From IMG/VR virus record IMGVR_UViG_3300034374_009547: a stretch of 64,000 nucleotides of DNA. One strand, given 5' to 3'. This DNA comes from a virus. Lineage: Duplodnaviria; Caudoviricetes. The notes under the pieces are model-generated. The model made no database searches, was not told where the DNA came from, and saw nothing but the letters and a program-made list of their open reading frames with translations. A program made the position numbers and the translations under genes. This document shows positions 53,503 to 63,307 of the stretch, piece by piece. Each line of letters opens with the position of its first letter. Positions within the stretch are counted from its first letter, which is position 1.

Positions 53503-54815
53503 AGATATTTTCCAAGACTTGGCACTACTTCTATTATACTTTCGTTTCTAATTTTGTCAAGTGAGTAGGTATAATTTAAAAATTCATCCCATTGTTCATT
53601 ATACGACTCGCTATTCATATAATTACAAACACCATTTTTAACACTCTCTGCAGCAATAACATATTTCCTATCATAATTTTTTTCTGCAACCCAAAGAACA
53701 AAATCTTCAAATTTTTGTGTTATTTCTTGTTTGTATTCGTCTGGTAATACTCTTATGTTCAAATGGGGAGGGTTGTGTGCTACATGATATGTAATAATAG
53801 GCTTAATAGCACTACTATTAATTTTTACAAAATTACTTTTTTCTAATTTCCATTTCATAAAATCAATCATATGTTCTACATTATATGCAGTAACGGTAAA
53901 CGCTATCCATGCTTTAATATTTTTTGGAAGTTCGTCAATGGTTTTTAAATTTTTTAAAACTTTTGTCCATTTTACTGGATGCCTTTGATATTCTAATACA
54001 GAACCCATGCCGTCGATACTAACACCTAATCTAACTTCCTTAAATTGTGTCCATAGTTTTACAACTCTAGGTGGCAAGGTTGTTCCATTAGTATTATATT
54101 CTAACATAATTTTTTCTGCGTAGCCGCTATCAATACATTTTTGTAAAAATTCGTAATGACGCTCAATCAACATTGGTTCGCCACCTGCAAAATAAACATG
54201 CTCCATGTATTCAATGTTGTTTTCTAGTTGTGTCCAAAACATTTCGCTACTTGGCCAATCAAAATCAGCAGCGCAAAGTTTGCCATTTACTTCTTCTATA
54301 GTAATTTCGCCGCTAGTATCTCTAAAAGTATTTTTTCCAGTTAATTTAAGCCAATCTTCAAACCATGCATTACTATCACTAGGTCCGCACATTCTACATT
54401 TCAAATTACAAAAGTTGCCAAAACGTAAATCATAGTAACGTGTAGGAGATTTATTTACATCAATACTTCCATCTGGTTTTGTACTTTTAAGTGCGTCTAC
54501 GATACTAAATTTCCACTGAACACGTTCGTATTGTCTTCTACTTGTAAGTTTATTTTCTTCTTCTTGCCTACATCTGCCACACTCATCGCTCCATTTACTG
54601 CTTAACATGTTCTTGCGTATGTCTTTCATTAATTGAGCATTACGTGCTTCGCTTAGGTCGTCTACGCCGGCATTGTAAGCTGTGCCGTCTTCTTTCCGTA
54701 CAACACCTCTATTTTTTGTTACATTTGCTTGACAACAAACACGTATATCACCGTTGCTGCGCACAGCTTGAAATATCCAAGGTATAGGGCAAAATGTTTT
54801 TTCACCTTTTATCAT
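53499..54815 (-). CDS. Radical SAM protein, N-terminal twitch-like module
   Basis: CNLKCRMC, AGGEP, N-terminal CPIPW..RVCC..CGRC. Confidence 0.92.
   Translation of the reverse strand: MIKGEKTFCPIPWIFQAVRSNGDIRVCCQANVTKNRGVVRKEDGTAYNAGVDDLSEARNAQLMKDIRKNMLSSKWSDECGRCRQEEENKLTSRRQYERVQWKFSIVDALKSTKPDGSIDVNKSPTRYYDLRFGNFCNLKCRMCGPSDSNAWFEDWLKLTGKNTFRDTSGEITIEEVNGKLCAADFDWPSSEMFWTQLENNIEYMEHVYFAGGEPMLIERHYEFLQKCIDSGYAEKIMLEYNTNGTTLPPRVVKLWTQFKEVRLGVSIDGMGSVLEYQRHPVKWTKVLKNLKTIDELPKNIKAWIAFTVTAYNVEHMIDFMKWKLEKSNFVKINSSAIKPIITYHVAHNPPHLNIRVLPDEYKQEITQKFEDFVLWVAEKNYDRKYVIAAESVKNGVCNYMNSESYNEQWDEFLNYTYSLDKIRNESIIEVVPSLGKYL
53533..53560 (-). promoter_or_regulatory. Possible internal sigma70 promoter
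   Basis: TTGACA (53560-53555)-16 nt-TATAAT (53538-53533), upstream of ATG 53502. May be coincidental to the LDK codons. Confidence 0.4.
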
Positions 54816-55963
54816 TAAAATATCTCCGGTACAATATACGGTTCAATCATATTCCATAGTTCTGTATTGTGTGTAAGCCAATGTTCTTTTCTTATCTTAT
54901 TAAATTCAGCATCATTGCGCACAAACATGCCAAAATCACCGGGCTGTTCCAATTCATTTAACAACTTTTTCCATATACTTAAATTTCTATATTCATACTT
55001 TTGTTGTTGCATAGTAATTATATCATAAATTTTTGGTTTTACTTTATCTGGTAAATTTTTTACAGCCATCCAAGTAGGACCGTCTAGCATGTCTATTTTT
55101 AAATCTGCTTCTACACTATCTGCATAATCAATTAATTTATCAAGCACATTAACATTATAAAAACTACACACACTATCTATGCCAAATGGCTTATCAATTT
55201 TACTTACTAAGTTTTCTTTATACCAAAGAAGATTAGAATTTACATTTTTCCATACACTATCTTTACGTAAAAATTCATTTAATGAACCATATGCATCAAT
55301 ACTTAAATGTAAACTTACATTTTCACATTGTAGTAACAAATCTAAAAGTTCTTTATTAGGAACTAAACTACCATTTGTAACTAATAAAATACCTAATTTA
55401 GGAAGATTACATTTCTTAAGTATTTTTATAAATTGTTCTTGCTCCATCAAAGGCTCGCCGCCGATTAGTTTTATGAAACGTAAATCGGTTAAATCATAAT
55501 TTTCAATAATACTATTTTTTGCTACAACACCTCTTGGTATTTGATATCCTAATTTTTTAGCATCACTATACCAATGTGTGCTGAGATCAGGACCGCACAT
55601 TCTACATTTGTTGTTGCATTTGTTACTAAATGCTAAATCTATGTTTGTAAGTTTTTCCGTATTACCACGTTCAGGAGGAAATGGTAATCCAAATTCCCAA
55701 CTTTGATTCATACGTGTACGCATACTGCTACCACTTAATTCTTCATCTTTGTAACAGCCTACACATCCATCTACATAAGCGTCTTCACGCATTTGTTGTC
55801 TTATATATTTTAGGTAAGGATGATTAAATGGATCTGGATGACTAATGTTTAAATCTTTAGGAACAACTTCTTGCCTAAAATAACAACACGGAAATATTTG
55901 TCCATCAGGACGTATTGCCATATGATGAAATGGCAAATCACATCCATGTTTACGAAGCGTCAT
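54815..55963 (-). CDS. Radical SAM protein, N-terminal twitch-like module
   Basis: CNNKCRMC, IGGEP, N-terminal CDLPF..FPCC..CVGC. Likely start ATG 55963. Confidence 0.92.
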   Translation of the reverse strand: MTLRKHGCDLPFHHMAIRPDGQIFPCCYFRQEVVPKDLNISHPDPFNHPYLKYIRQQMREDAYVDGCVGCYKDEELSGSSMRTRMNQSWEFGLPFPPERGNTEKLTNIDLAFSNKCNNKCRMCGPDLSTHWYSDAKKLGYQIPRGVVAKNSIIENYDLTDLRFIKLIGGEPLMEQEQFIKILKKCNLPKLGILLVTNGSLVPNKELLDLLLQCENVSLHLSIDAYGSLNEFLRKDSVWKNVNSNLLWYKENLVSKIDKPFGIDSVCSFYNVNVLDKLIDYADSVEADLKIDMLDGPTWMAVKNLPDKVKPKIYDIITMQQQKYEYRNLSIWKKLLNELEQPGDFGMFVRNDAEFNKIRKEHWLTHNTELWNMIEPYIVPEIF

Positions 55964-56510
55964 ACCAAATCTCCGGTTGCATAGGATCAATACTAAGTTC
56001 ATTTATATTCAAATGTTTAGGTTGATCAACTATCCATTTAATGTATTCAGCAGCAACATCAATATCCATACACTTTCTGTCAGGGTGCTTTTCTTGATTA
56101 TTACTAAGTGTACCAAAACTAATGTAAGTTACTTTTGGACCACTTGCCCAAACACCAGTTAACCCTAATGTATTTGAATAATCACGCAACGCTTTCTTTT
56201 CCGCATTGTACAACCACGCTCCGCCTTTTTTTACACGATCAGTTGTACTACCAATATTAATAATATGACAATTATGTTTTTCTAAAATGCATTTTTTGTA
56301 AACAATATCTAATAAACTTGTTTGTGTAAATCTAAATAATGCACTACAATTAACAAAAACATCATGACGTAACACAGCTTCAGCACAACGTTCCATGTCA
56401 AGTTTTTTACCAAAGTCGTAACCTGTATCTCTACTAATAAATTCAGCGTCTGGATATAGTTTAGCAAGTGCTCCTGCTACTCCTACGTCTTTATTACCTG
56501 TTATAATCAT
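55950..56510 (-). CDS. Short-chain dehydrogenase/reductase (SDR)
   Basis: IITG...VAG, FVNCS, IINIGS, YNAEK (YxxxK). Confidence 0.8.
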   Translation of the reverse strand: MIITGNKDVGVAGALAKLYPDAEFISRDTGYDFGKKLDMERCAEAVLRHDVFVNCSALFRFTQTSLLDIVYKKCILEKHNCHIINIGSTTDRVKKGGAWLYNAEKKALRDYSNTLGLTGVWASGPKVTYISFGTLSNNQEKHPDRKCMDIDVAAEYIKWIVDQPKHLNINELSIDPMQPEIWYDAS

Positions 56511-57648
56511 TCATTACCCCTAACTCAATATGATTGCCTAGTACATCAAAAAATCTATCTTGTTGCATACTTTTTGGCGCACACAATCCGCAGCCACAAG
56601 TTTGTTTAGGACAAACAATTGTAGGCAATGAGTTGCTTTCCATTTGTTTTTTTAAGTCAGCAATTAATTTTTTTCCTTCACTGATACGTCCTATAGATCC
56701 ACGCTTACCGTCAAAACGTGCTTGACATGTTTGATGATGATATATTTGATCTGTTTGTTGTTCTAAATGCAAAAAGAACCAGTTCACACTGCAATTCCAA
56801 CCTTTGAATTCTCTAAAGTCTACAAAGTTGCTTTTGCGTGACTCACTGCCGTTGTGTAACAACATGTCTCTACTGCCACAACAGGGTCTTCCAATGCTGT
56901 TGCCCAATTTTTTTGCATTTTTTACCACATCACCAGCAGCACTATTAGCATATGTTGCATCATTTTTTTGTTTCCAGTAGTTTTTCATCCATGCTAATTG
57001 TTCTTCGCTATACTTATGTGCAAATGTAGGTTTACTATCTGGCTCTTCACCTATTACTCTTGGTACAAAATCAACATTATGCTTCTGTAAAAACTCAACA
57101 AGTTCAACACATTCATCAAAATATTCAGCATGAAACATAACATTTACACTACAAGTAAAGTCGAGCATATCTCCTTGATAATGAAATTGTAAAATTCTAT
57201 CTTTAACTTGTTCTTTGAGCTTATCATCGCTTTCTGCATGATAACTTACCGTTGCATGACCAAAATTGTTCATTACAGCATAACCCATTTTTTCACTCAT
57301 AGCACCATTTGTTGTCAGTGCAAATCCAGCTTCCCATTTATCTGAGTATTTCTTTTCGTATGTATCTCGTAAATATTGCGCAAATGGTATAAAATTAGGA
57401 TTAACCGTTGGTTCGCCTCCTGTAAATCCAAAATTTGCTTCTTTAAAATTCCTATACGTCATATACAAGTCAACATATTCAAACAAAAAGTCAACATTGT
57501 TTTTTAATTCTTCTAAAGTTGCATGTTTGCTAAAATTATCGTGTCTATGCGCTGGACAATATGTGCAATCATAATTGCATCTACGTCCAGTATCCCATGT
57601 AACTTGAAAAACTTTGCCTGTTAACAGGTCAATTGTATCAAAACTCAT
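56494..57648 (-). CDS. Radical SAM protein with C-terminal Cys-rich module
   Basis: CNYDCTYC, TGGEPT, C-terminal CSV..TC..CPKQTCGCGLC. Confidence 0.9.
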   Translation of the reverse strand: MSFDTIDLLTGKVFQVTWDTGRRCNYDCTYCPAHRHDNFSKHATLEELKNNVDFLFEYVDLYMTYRNFKEANFGFTGGEPTVNPNFIPFAQYLRDTYEKKYSDKWEAGFALTTNGAMSEKMGYAVMNNFGHATVSYHAESDDKLKEQVKDRILQFHYQGDMLDFTCSVNVMFHAEYFDECVELVEFLQKHNVDFVPRVIGEEPDSKPTFAHKYSEEQLAWMKNYWKQKNDATYANSAAGDVVKNAKKLGNSIGRPCCGSRDMLLHNGSESRKSNFVDFREFKGWNCSVNWFFLHLEQQTDQIYHHQTCQARFDGKRGSIGRISEGKKLIADLKKQMESNSLPTIVCPKQTCGCGLCAPKSMQQDRFFDVLGNHIELGVMNDYNR

Positions 57649-58462
57649 TTATTTCCTTAATTGTTTCTACAACTTTTCTTTCTGCCCATGCTCTTTCCTC
57701 GCACCACCAACATTGTGTACAAATAGGAATAGTCATTCCTTCTTTATAATCCTTAAAATGGCTACATGCCTCTTTAACATTGTCATGATGATTGATATCT
57801 CCTTCACAACTTCTTGTAAGTCTGTATAAATCACCAATATTAAAAATGTAGTATTGAGCAACTATCCAATCTTTTTTTACAAATCTAAAAGGATGCACAA
57901 ATATACTTTCGGCCTTTTTACTTTGCATCCATAAATCAGTAATGTTTCCGTCTTCGGCATCTTTATCTCTATTTGTCATACGATCTTCACGTAAATCATC
58001 AGGATTTTTACTAGTAGCATTGTATACAGCATCTAAGTTATACTGCCATGCAGCAAACTTATTGTAACTTCCTACAATAATTTGATCACCACTACGTCCG
58101 TCAACAATTGGTCCTATAACTCCATGCTCTAATTCGGGTGGAATATAACATAAATGTCTTTCTTGTATAATATTAGGAAATCTATTTGCTAACCATGTGT
58201 AAACTTGATGTGCTATGTATCCTTGCCAAGGTCTAGTTTCCCAACAACGTTGATATGTAATAATATCAATTTTTGTATCAAGTTCGTTAGTATCAATAAT
58301 TGTGCATAACAAAAAGGTAAGCAATGCACTATCAGCACCACCACTTAGATTGACGCCAATTTTATTCCAATTTTTATCAAAAGGAATAATTAAATTTGAA
58401 AATTCAGATAATAAAATATCTTTAGGCACATTTTGATACATGCTATTGTTAACTTTAAACAT
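57638..58462 (-). CDS. QueC-like PP-loop ATP pyrophosphatase
   Basis: LSGGADS, TRSC..CTQCWWC..ER (QueC-type Zn site). Confidence 0.72.
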   Translation of the reverse strand: MFKVNNSMYQNVPKDILLSEFSNLIIPFDKNWNKIGVNLSGGADSALLTFLLCTIIDTNELDTKIDIITYQRCWETRPWQGYIAHQVYTWLANRFPNIIQERHLCYIPPELEHGVIGPIVDGRSGDQIIVGSYNKFAAWQYNLDAVYNATSKNPDDLREDRMTNRDKDAEDGNITDLWMQSKKAESIFVHPFRFVKKDWIVAQYYIFNIGDLYRLTRSCEGDINHHDNVKEACSHFKDYKEGMTIPICTQCWWCEERAWAERKVVETIKEINEF

Positions 58463-59783
58463 TTGCTACAATATCTCCATTTAAAAATTTATAATTTTCA
58501 AAATAATTATTAAAATCTTGTTTCCATATCACGTCAGTTTTTTCTATATACTTACAAAAACTTTTCCAATGACTACGTTTAGCCGAATAATTGAGAATAT
58601 ACTTACGTATATCTTCTAATGCACGAATAGCACTTAATATATCTTGCCATACGTGTATATTTAAAACATCATCCCAATAATATGATTCTAACTTTTTAGT
58701 ATTTTCTAAATCTAATTCTCTCTGCTTTTGCAAATCAAAAATTGAATTACGTGTATTTTCAATGTCATTTAGAACTTTACTTCTAAATTTTAGCATCATA
58801 ACAGCAGGATTAAGATAGAAGGGTGTGTATATAATACTTGCATCTATAAAATTACAATTTAAATCCAAGAAATTTAAAAAAGCATCTTTTATTTCCATTA
58901 ATTGATATGTACCTGTAGTACACACAACATTCATTTCTGTGTGTCCTTGATTGACTTCTCTAAATTTATCAATATTGCGTTTTAATACGTCCCAATCACC
59001 GTCTCTAAAATACGAATAGATACGTGGCCCTGCATCAATACTCATCATAATATGTGCATATCCAAACTTTCTCAAAGCATCACTTAATTTTACAGGATCA
59101 AAATCAGCATTAAAGTTACTATGAAAAATAATTTTAATATTTTTTGCATTAGGGTGTTGAGCTAATCTTTCTAATGTTGGAAAAAATTGTTTTTGATACA
59201 ATACTTCGCCGCCTGCAAAATCAACACGTTCTAAATTAGGAAAATTAGCATTCAAGTCATCGACAATTTCTAACGCTCTAGGCAAAGATAGTTGCATAGT
59301 CAGATCATCATTTGTATCTTGTCTATGCATCTTACCGGCTAATTGTAATAAATCATATTTTTCAACTTCTTCGTCAGGTGTATATCTTTTGAGTTTACTT
59401 AACCAGCCACTGCTAAACACTTGACTGCAATGCAAACAAGCCATATTACAACTATGACTGAAACGTATTTCTACGGTTTTTAAACCTTCAAAACTACTTT
59501 CTCCAGTTTCTTTGTTATAAAAAGAAGTGTCAGCATCTAACTGCTGTCTCATACTTTTACCAGCATTTACATGTTCAACATGCTCACACATATCACAGCC
59601 TTTACTCCATTTTCCTGACATCATTTCAAGTCTGTGTTTTTTAAAATACTCGTTATTAAATATTTCAGACGGTAAATAGGCTTCATCCATAATTTGCATT
59701 TTTTCATGCTGTTGTGGACAACTTGTTACAAATCCATTTTTATAATTTAAACCACCTAATGTGTAATAGCAATCGAGACTCAT
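58455..59783 (-). CDS. Radical SAM protein, N-terminal twitch-like module
   Basis: CNMACLHC, AGGE, N-terminal CYY..SCP..CDMC. Confidence 0.9.
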   Translation of the reverse strand: MSLDCYYTLGGLNYKNGFVTSCPQQHEKMQIMDEAYLPSEIFNNEYFKKHRLEMMSGKWSKGCDMCEHVEHVNAGKSMRQQLDADTSFYNKETGESSFEGLKTVEIRFSHSCNMACLHCSQVFSSGWLSKLKRYTPDEEVEKYDLLQLAGKMHRQDTNDDLTMQLSLPRALEIVDDLNANFPNLERVDFAGGEVLYQKQFFPTLERLAQHPNAKNIKIIFHSNFNADFDPVKLSDALRKFGYAHIMMSIDAGPRIYSYFRDGDWDVLKRNIDKFREVNQGHTEMNVVCTTGTYQLMEIKDAFLNFLDLNCNFIDASIIYTPFYLNPAVMMLKFRSKVLNDIENTRNSIFDLQKQRELDLENTKKLESYYWDDVLNIHVWQDILSAIRALEDIRKYILNYSAKRSHWKSFCKYIEKTDVIWKQDFNNYFENYKFLNGDIVANV

Positions 59784-60634
59784 AAATTCTCCAATAAAAA
59801 TCCTTCACTATTGTCAATACCCCACTGACGCTCTTGACAAAAGAAACAATCTCCACAAACAGGCGGCATTAAGCCATTCTTAATCCACATGTTACCTAGT
59901 TTTACAACATCTGCTTCGCAACTTCTTGTAAGACTTAATAAGTCATCTAAATCGTAATTTTTGTATTGAGCCATTGTAAAACTTTTTCTTACAAGGCCAA
60001 ACGGATTACAATTATTTAAAGACAATACCCATTCAAGGTTGTCTTTTATTAATTCTTCGTCTCTAAACTTGGGCTGATCTTCAGTGTTTAAAGGTGGATT
60101 CATTGTAGTTCCTGTATACATAAAATCTATTTTGTGTTTTTTCATTAAAAAATGCTCATACTCATTAACACAAATAGTATCACACTTTGAATACTTAGGA
60201 TATATTTTTTCTAAAAAAGGTTTGTTAAGTTGTGAAACATAAACATCTTCTAACTCCGTCGGAACAAATCCCCAATGATGTTCTTCAATTATATCTCCAA
60301 ACTTTTCTTTTAAATAACTTGCTACTTCTTGTGCATTGCGTTCTAACCATGGCTTTGAATTCCAAAATCTTACTGCACTAAAAAAATGTACTTTGGTAGC
60401 AATCTTATTTGTTTTTATATAATCTAACAACATGTATGCTAATATAGCACTATCAGCACCACCACTTAAACTAATAAGTATTTTATCAAAACTGCTATCA
60501 AAATGGATAGGTAATCCGTTGATATAAATCAAGTCAGGATATTTTCTCCTGTACAAAAGTTCATATTTTGCAATTTCTTTTTTATTTTTGTAAAGATTAT
60601 CTAAGTGCTTTAAATAATTTTTATCGTCCATCAA
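59780..60634 (-). CDS. QueC-like PP-loop ATP pyrophosphatase (second paralog)
   Basis: LSGGADS, TRSC..CGDCFFC..ER. Confidence 0.72.
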   Translation of the reverse strand: MMDDKNYLKHLDNLYKNKKEIAKYELLYRRKYPDLIYINGLPIHFDSSFDKILISLSGGADSAILAYMLLDYIKTNKIATKVHFFSAVRFWNSKPWLERNAQEVASYLKEKFGDIIEEHHWGFVPTELEDVYVSQLNKPFLEKIYPKYSKCDTICVNEYEHFLMKKHKIDFMYTGTTMNPPLNTEDQPKFRDEELIKDNLEWVLSLNNCNPFGLVRKSFTMAQYKNYDLDDLLSLTRSCEADVVKLGNMWIKNGLMPPVCGDCFFCQERQWGIDNSEGFLLENL

Positions 60635-62021
60635 ATATGTCCTTCATTTCAGGAAATACTTCTGCAAAACTATTACCACGCTGAGCATCACATCTTTGTA
60701 AAAATTCTTGCATCTCTGGTAAACGTCTACTCCAGTCTTCACTTTCCATAAATGATAACATACCTTCTAAACGTTTTAAGCCGTAAGGTGCGTTATCGAA
60801 CATTTCTTTTGTGACTTTACCTTTGTGCCAACTGGGCACACCAAGTTCCCAGTTTTCCTCCCACCAAGGATAAAACTCCTCATACTTTTTACGCACTTCT
60901 GCTTTAAACCATTCTGGTAACACTTTTACATTAAGGTGTGGCGGATGATACACAAAGTGATAGTTAATACCTCCTGCGCCAAATGGCCACATGTTTATTT
61001 TGTTAAACTTTTGTGTTAACTTCCATTTGATAAAATCAGGCAAATAATAGATGTTTAATGCTTGTACTGCACAAGCAACCGTAACTTCTACATTATTGCT
61101 TGTTTCTTTATCTAAAATATGAAACACTTCTTCTGTGCGTTTCCATTCACTTGGATAACGTATATAGCTGTTCATTTCATGTATACTATCTACCGAATAG
61201 TGAAAACGCACAAGTTTGAATTCTCTCCATAGATCAAATAAATCTTCTCTCCATTCGACTCCATTTGAGTTATAACGTAGTTCAAGGTCTTTTGCAATAC
61301 CTTGTCGAATTGCTTCTTCAAGTATTTCATAATGCTCCTCAATAATAAGACTTTCGCCACCTGCAAAATATATCTGTTGCATATTTGGCATTTGTTCGTA
61401 AAACTGCTTCCAAAACACATCATTTTGTTTGTGCCAGTTGTAACTACTGCCATTTGTACTTCCTTTATCTTGCCATTGCATAGTTTCTTTAAGAGATTCA
61501 TTTTGAACAGCAGGAAAAATCTTTTTATAATCTTTAATCCAGCCACTACTATCATGCGGACTACACATAACACAAGCAAGTTGACATTTTGTTCCAAAAC
61601 GTAAATCAATGTATGCTAGTTGAGGAGGTACTTCTCCATCTTCTGTTGTATTTGCAATTAAGTCATTTACATTAACACGCTGACTCCAGTATGCTGTTTC
61701 CCACATACGTTTTGAATTGTGTCCTGCTGCTTCTTCTTTATAACACTTTAAACAACTAGGAGGCTTTTCGCCATTCATCATTTGCTTGCGCACATTCTTC
61801 ATATAATCACTATTCCAAGCAGTCTGGAAATCAGTAACATTCAAATTGTTGGGTTTACCATCATCTGTTTTTAAGATGCCAACTTGTCCACCATGTTCTT
61901 TGTCATTTGTTGGACCAACACTTGATGCATTGGCTGTGCAACATACTCTCATGCTGCCATCTGGTCTTGTGCTTAGATGCACCCATGGTAGGATGCAGAA
62001 TGTATCGGAAACTTTGCTCAT
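60621..62021 (-). CDS. Radical SAM protein, N-terminal twitch-like module
   Basis: CQLACVMC, AGGES, N-terminal CILPW..RVCC..CLKC. Confidence 0.92.
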   Translation of the reverse strand: MSKVSDTFCILPWVHLSTRPDGSMRVCCTANASSVGPTNDKEHGGQVGILKTDDGKPNNLNVTDFQTAWNSDYMKNVRKQMMNGEKPPSCLKCYKEEAAGHNSKRMWETAYWSQRVNVNDLIANTTEDGEVPPQLAYIDLRFGTKCQLACVMCSPHDSSGWIKDYKKIFPAVQNESLKETMQWQDKGSTNGSSYNWHKQNDVFWKQFYEQMPNMQQIYFAGGESLIIEEHYEILEEAIRQGIAKDLELRYNSNGVEWREDLFDLWREFKLVRFHYSVDSIHEMNSYIRYPSEWKRTEEVFHILDKETSNNVEVTVACAVQALNIYYLPDFIKWKLTQKFNKINMWPFGAGGINYHFVYHPPHLNVKVLPEWFKAEVRKKYEEFYPWWEENWELGVPSWHKGKVTKEMFDNAPYGLKRLEGMLSFMESEDWSRRLPEMQEFLQRCDAQRGNSFAEVFPEMKDIFDGR

Positions 62022-62032
62022 ATTGTACTTAC

Positions 62033-63307
62033 CTAATTATCTGCGTATTTAATTAATGTTTGAAAACATGCGTCTTTCCAACTCGATGTTTTACCATATT
62101 CGTCAGGAAATCCAGCAAATCCTTGTTTAGGAGCTGGTGTTTTTTTATACATGAATTTATAATAGTCTTTTAACGTTTGCTTGTCTGCTTCTGCTAAGTA
62201 TTGCTTGCTATTCATAAACCTTCTATCTAGAAATGGTGCTCTTGATTCAATAGTAAAACATCCTAATGCTAAATTTGCACCCATACATGCAGCTGGAATA
62301 AAATACTTTTGATCACTTAACTTATTATTAACTAAAAAGTTAGATTTGTCAATCTCAAAATAATCAGAATAAGGAGTTCTTTGTTTTAAACTATACCCAG
62401 GATAACCGCCAAATATTTCATCCGCACCTTCACCTGTGTAAAGTATGTTAATTTTTCCTTGTAATTTTTTACCTAAAATATAGTACCCTATCCAACTCCA
62501 TGTATATGGAAACAAATATGTTGCTTCAATAAATTCATCTGTATAATTACACCATTCTTCTTCTGTGATATTATATGCAAAATCTAAGTCATTACTAACA
62601 AAATCTTTTCCAATATGATTGAGTGCCACTTGAAATTCACCAAACCATTTACTTACTAAACCGCTATCAACTCCACCGCTGTTTATACTTGCACTTTTAA
62701 GTTTACTAGAATAATCAATTATCATGTTATGGAACGTTGTATACACAGGCACATCTTCATAACATGGTTCAACACTATAAGGTTCTACACTATAAATATC
62801 TTGCCACGGTGTTTCATTAAAAATATAATGTTTAGATTGTTTCCATAAATGTAAAGCATTTTTATTAATACATGTATTTGTAGTTTTTACTATACTTTTA
62901 ATTGTATTAGATATAACAAAATGTCCGTCTTTGTTATATACAAATAAAGGTATTTGTCCAGTTTTATCTCTACCATACTTTATTTCTTTAGTTTTTTTAT
63001 TATAAAATACATAGGCATACATTCCGTTATAATGAGATATAGAATTACCATTTACTAAATCATGGAAAAACATTTCTGTATCGCAGGTAAACTTTCTATT
63101 GTAATTGTAAATTTCACCTGTGTACAAAAATAAAAAATTATCATTTTCATATAAATCAAAATTTATATCATTTACACAAGGTAGCACACTTTGAATAGCA
63201 AAATAATCTTTGTCTATAAAAACCCTATCATCTATTCCACGTTGCAAAACATCTTTAAAATCATAATCAAATTTTGGATGCTGGTTACTAAAATAAAATC
63301 CGCACAT
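62033..63307 (-). CDS. asnB: Asparagine synthetase B-like glutamine-dependent amidotransferase (compact)
   Basis: N-terminal MCG (Ntn Cys2), GEIYN, GRDKTG, SGGVDS, GEGADEIFGGY, ESRAPFLD. Confidence 0.88.
   Translation of the reverse strand: MCGFYFSNQHPKFDYDFKDVLQRGIDDRVFIDKDYFAIQSVLPCVNDINFDLYENDNFLFLYTGEIYNYNRKFTCDTEMFFHDLVNGNSISHYNGMYAYVFYNKKTKEIKYGRDKTGQIPLFVYNKDGHFVISNTIKSIVKTTNTCINKNALHLWKQSKHYIFNETPWQDIYSVEPYSVEPCYEDVPVYTTFHNMIIDYSSKLKSASINSGGVDSGLVSKWFGEFQVALNHIGKDFVSNDLDFAYNITEEEWCNYTDEFIEATYLFPYTWSWIGYYILGKKLQGKINILYTGEGADEIFGGYPGYSLKQRTPYSDYFEIDKSNFLVNNKLSDQKYFIPAACMGANLALGCFTIESRAPFLDRRFMNSKQYLAEADKQTLKDYYKFMYKKTPAPKQGFAGFPDEYGKTSSWKDACFQTLIKYADN
62042..62051 (-). promoter_or_regulatory. 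Putative late-promoter motif variant
   Basis: TAAATACGCA on the - strand, 20-30 nt upstream of ATG 62021. Related to the TGCGTA motif at 25210 and 48467. Confidence 0.35.

Noticed and set aside
275-61609. Dozens of short antisense or out-of-frame ORFs in the six-frame track (e.g. 275..679, 2582..2986, 21853..22344, 29795..30076, 61190..61609)
   Set aside because: They lie wholly within longer motif-bearing genes and show no RBS or recognisable motif, so they are shadow ORFs.
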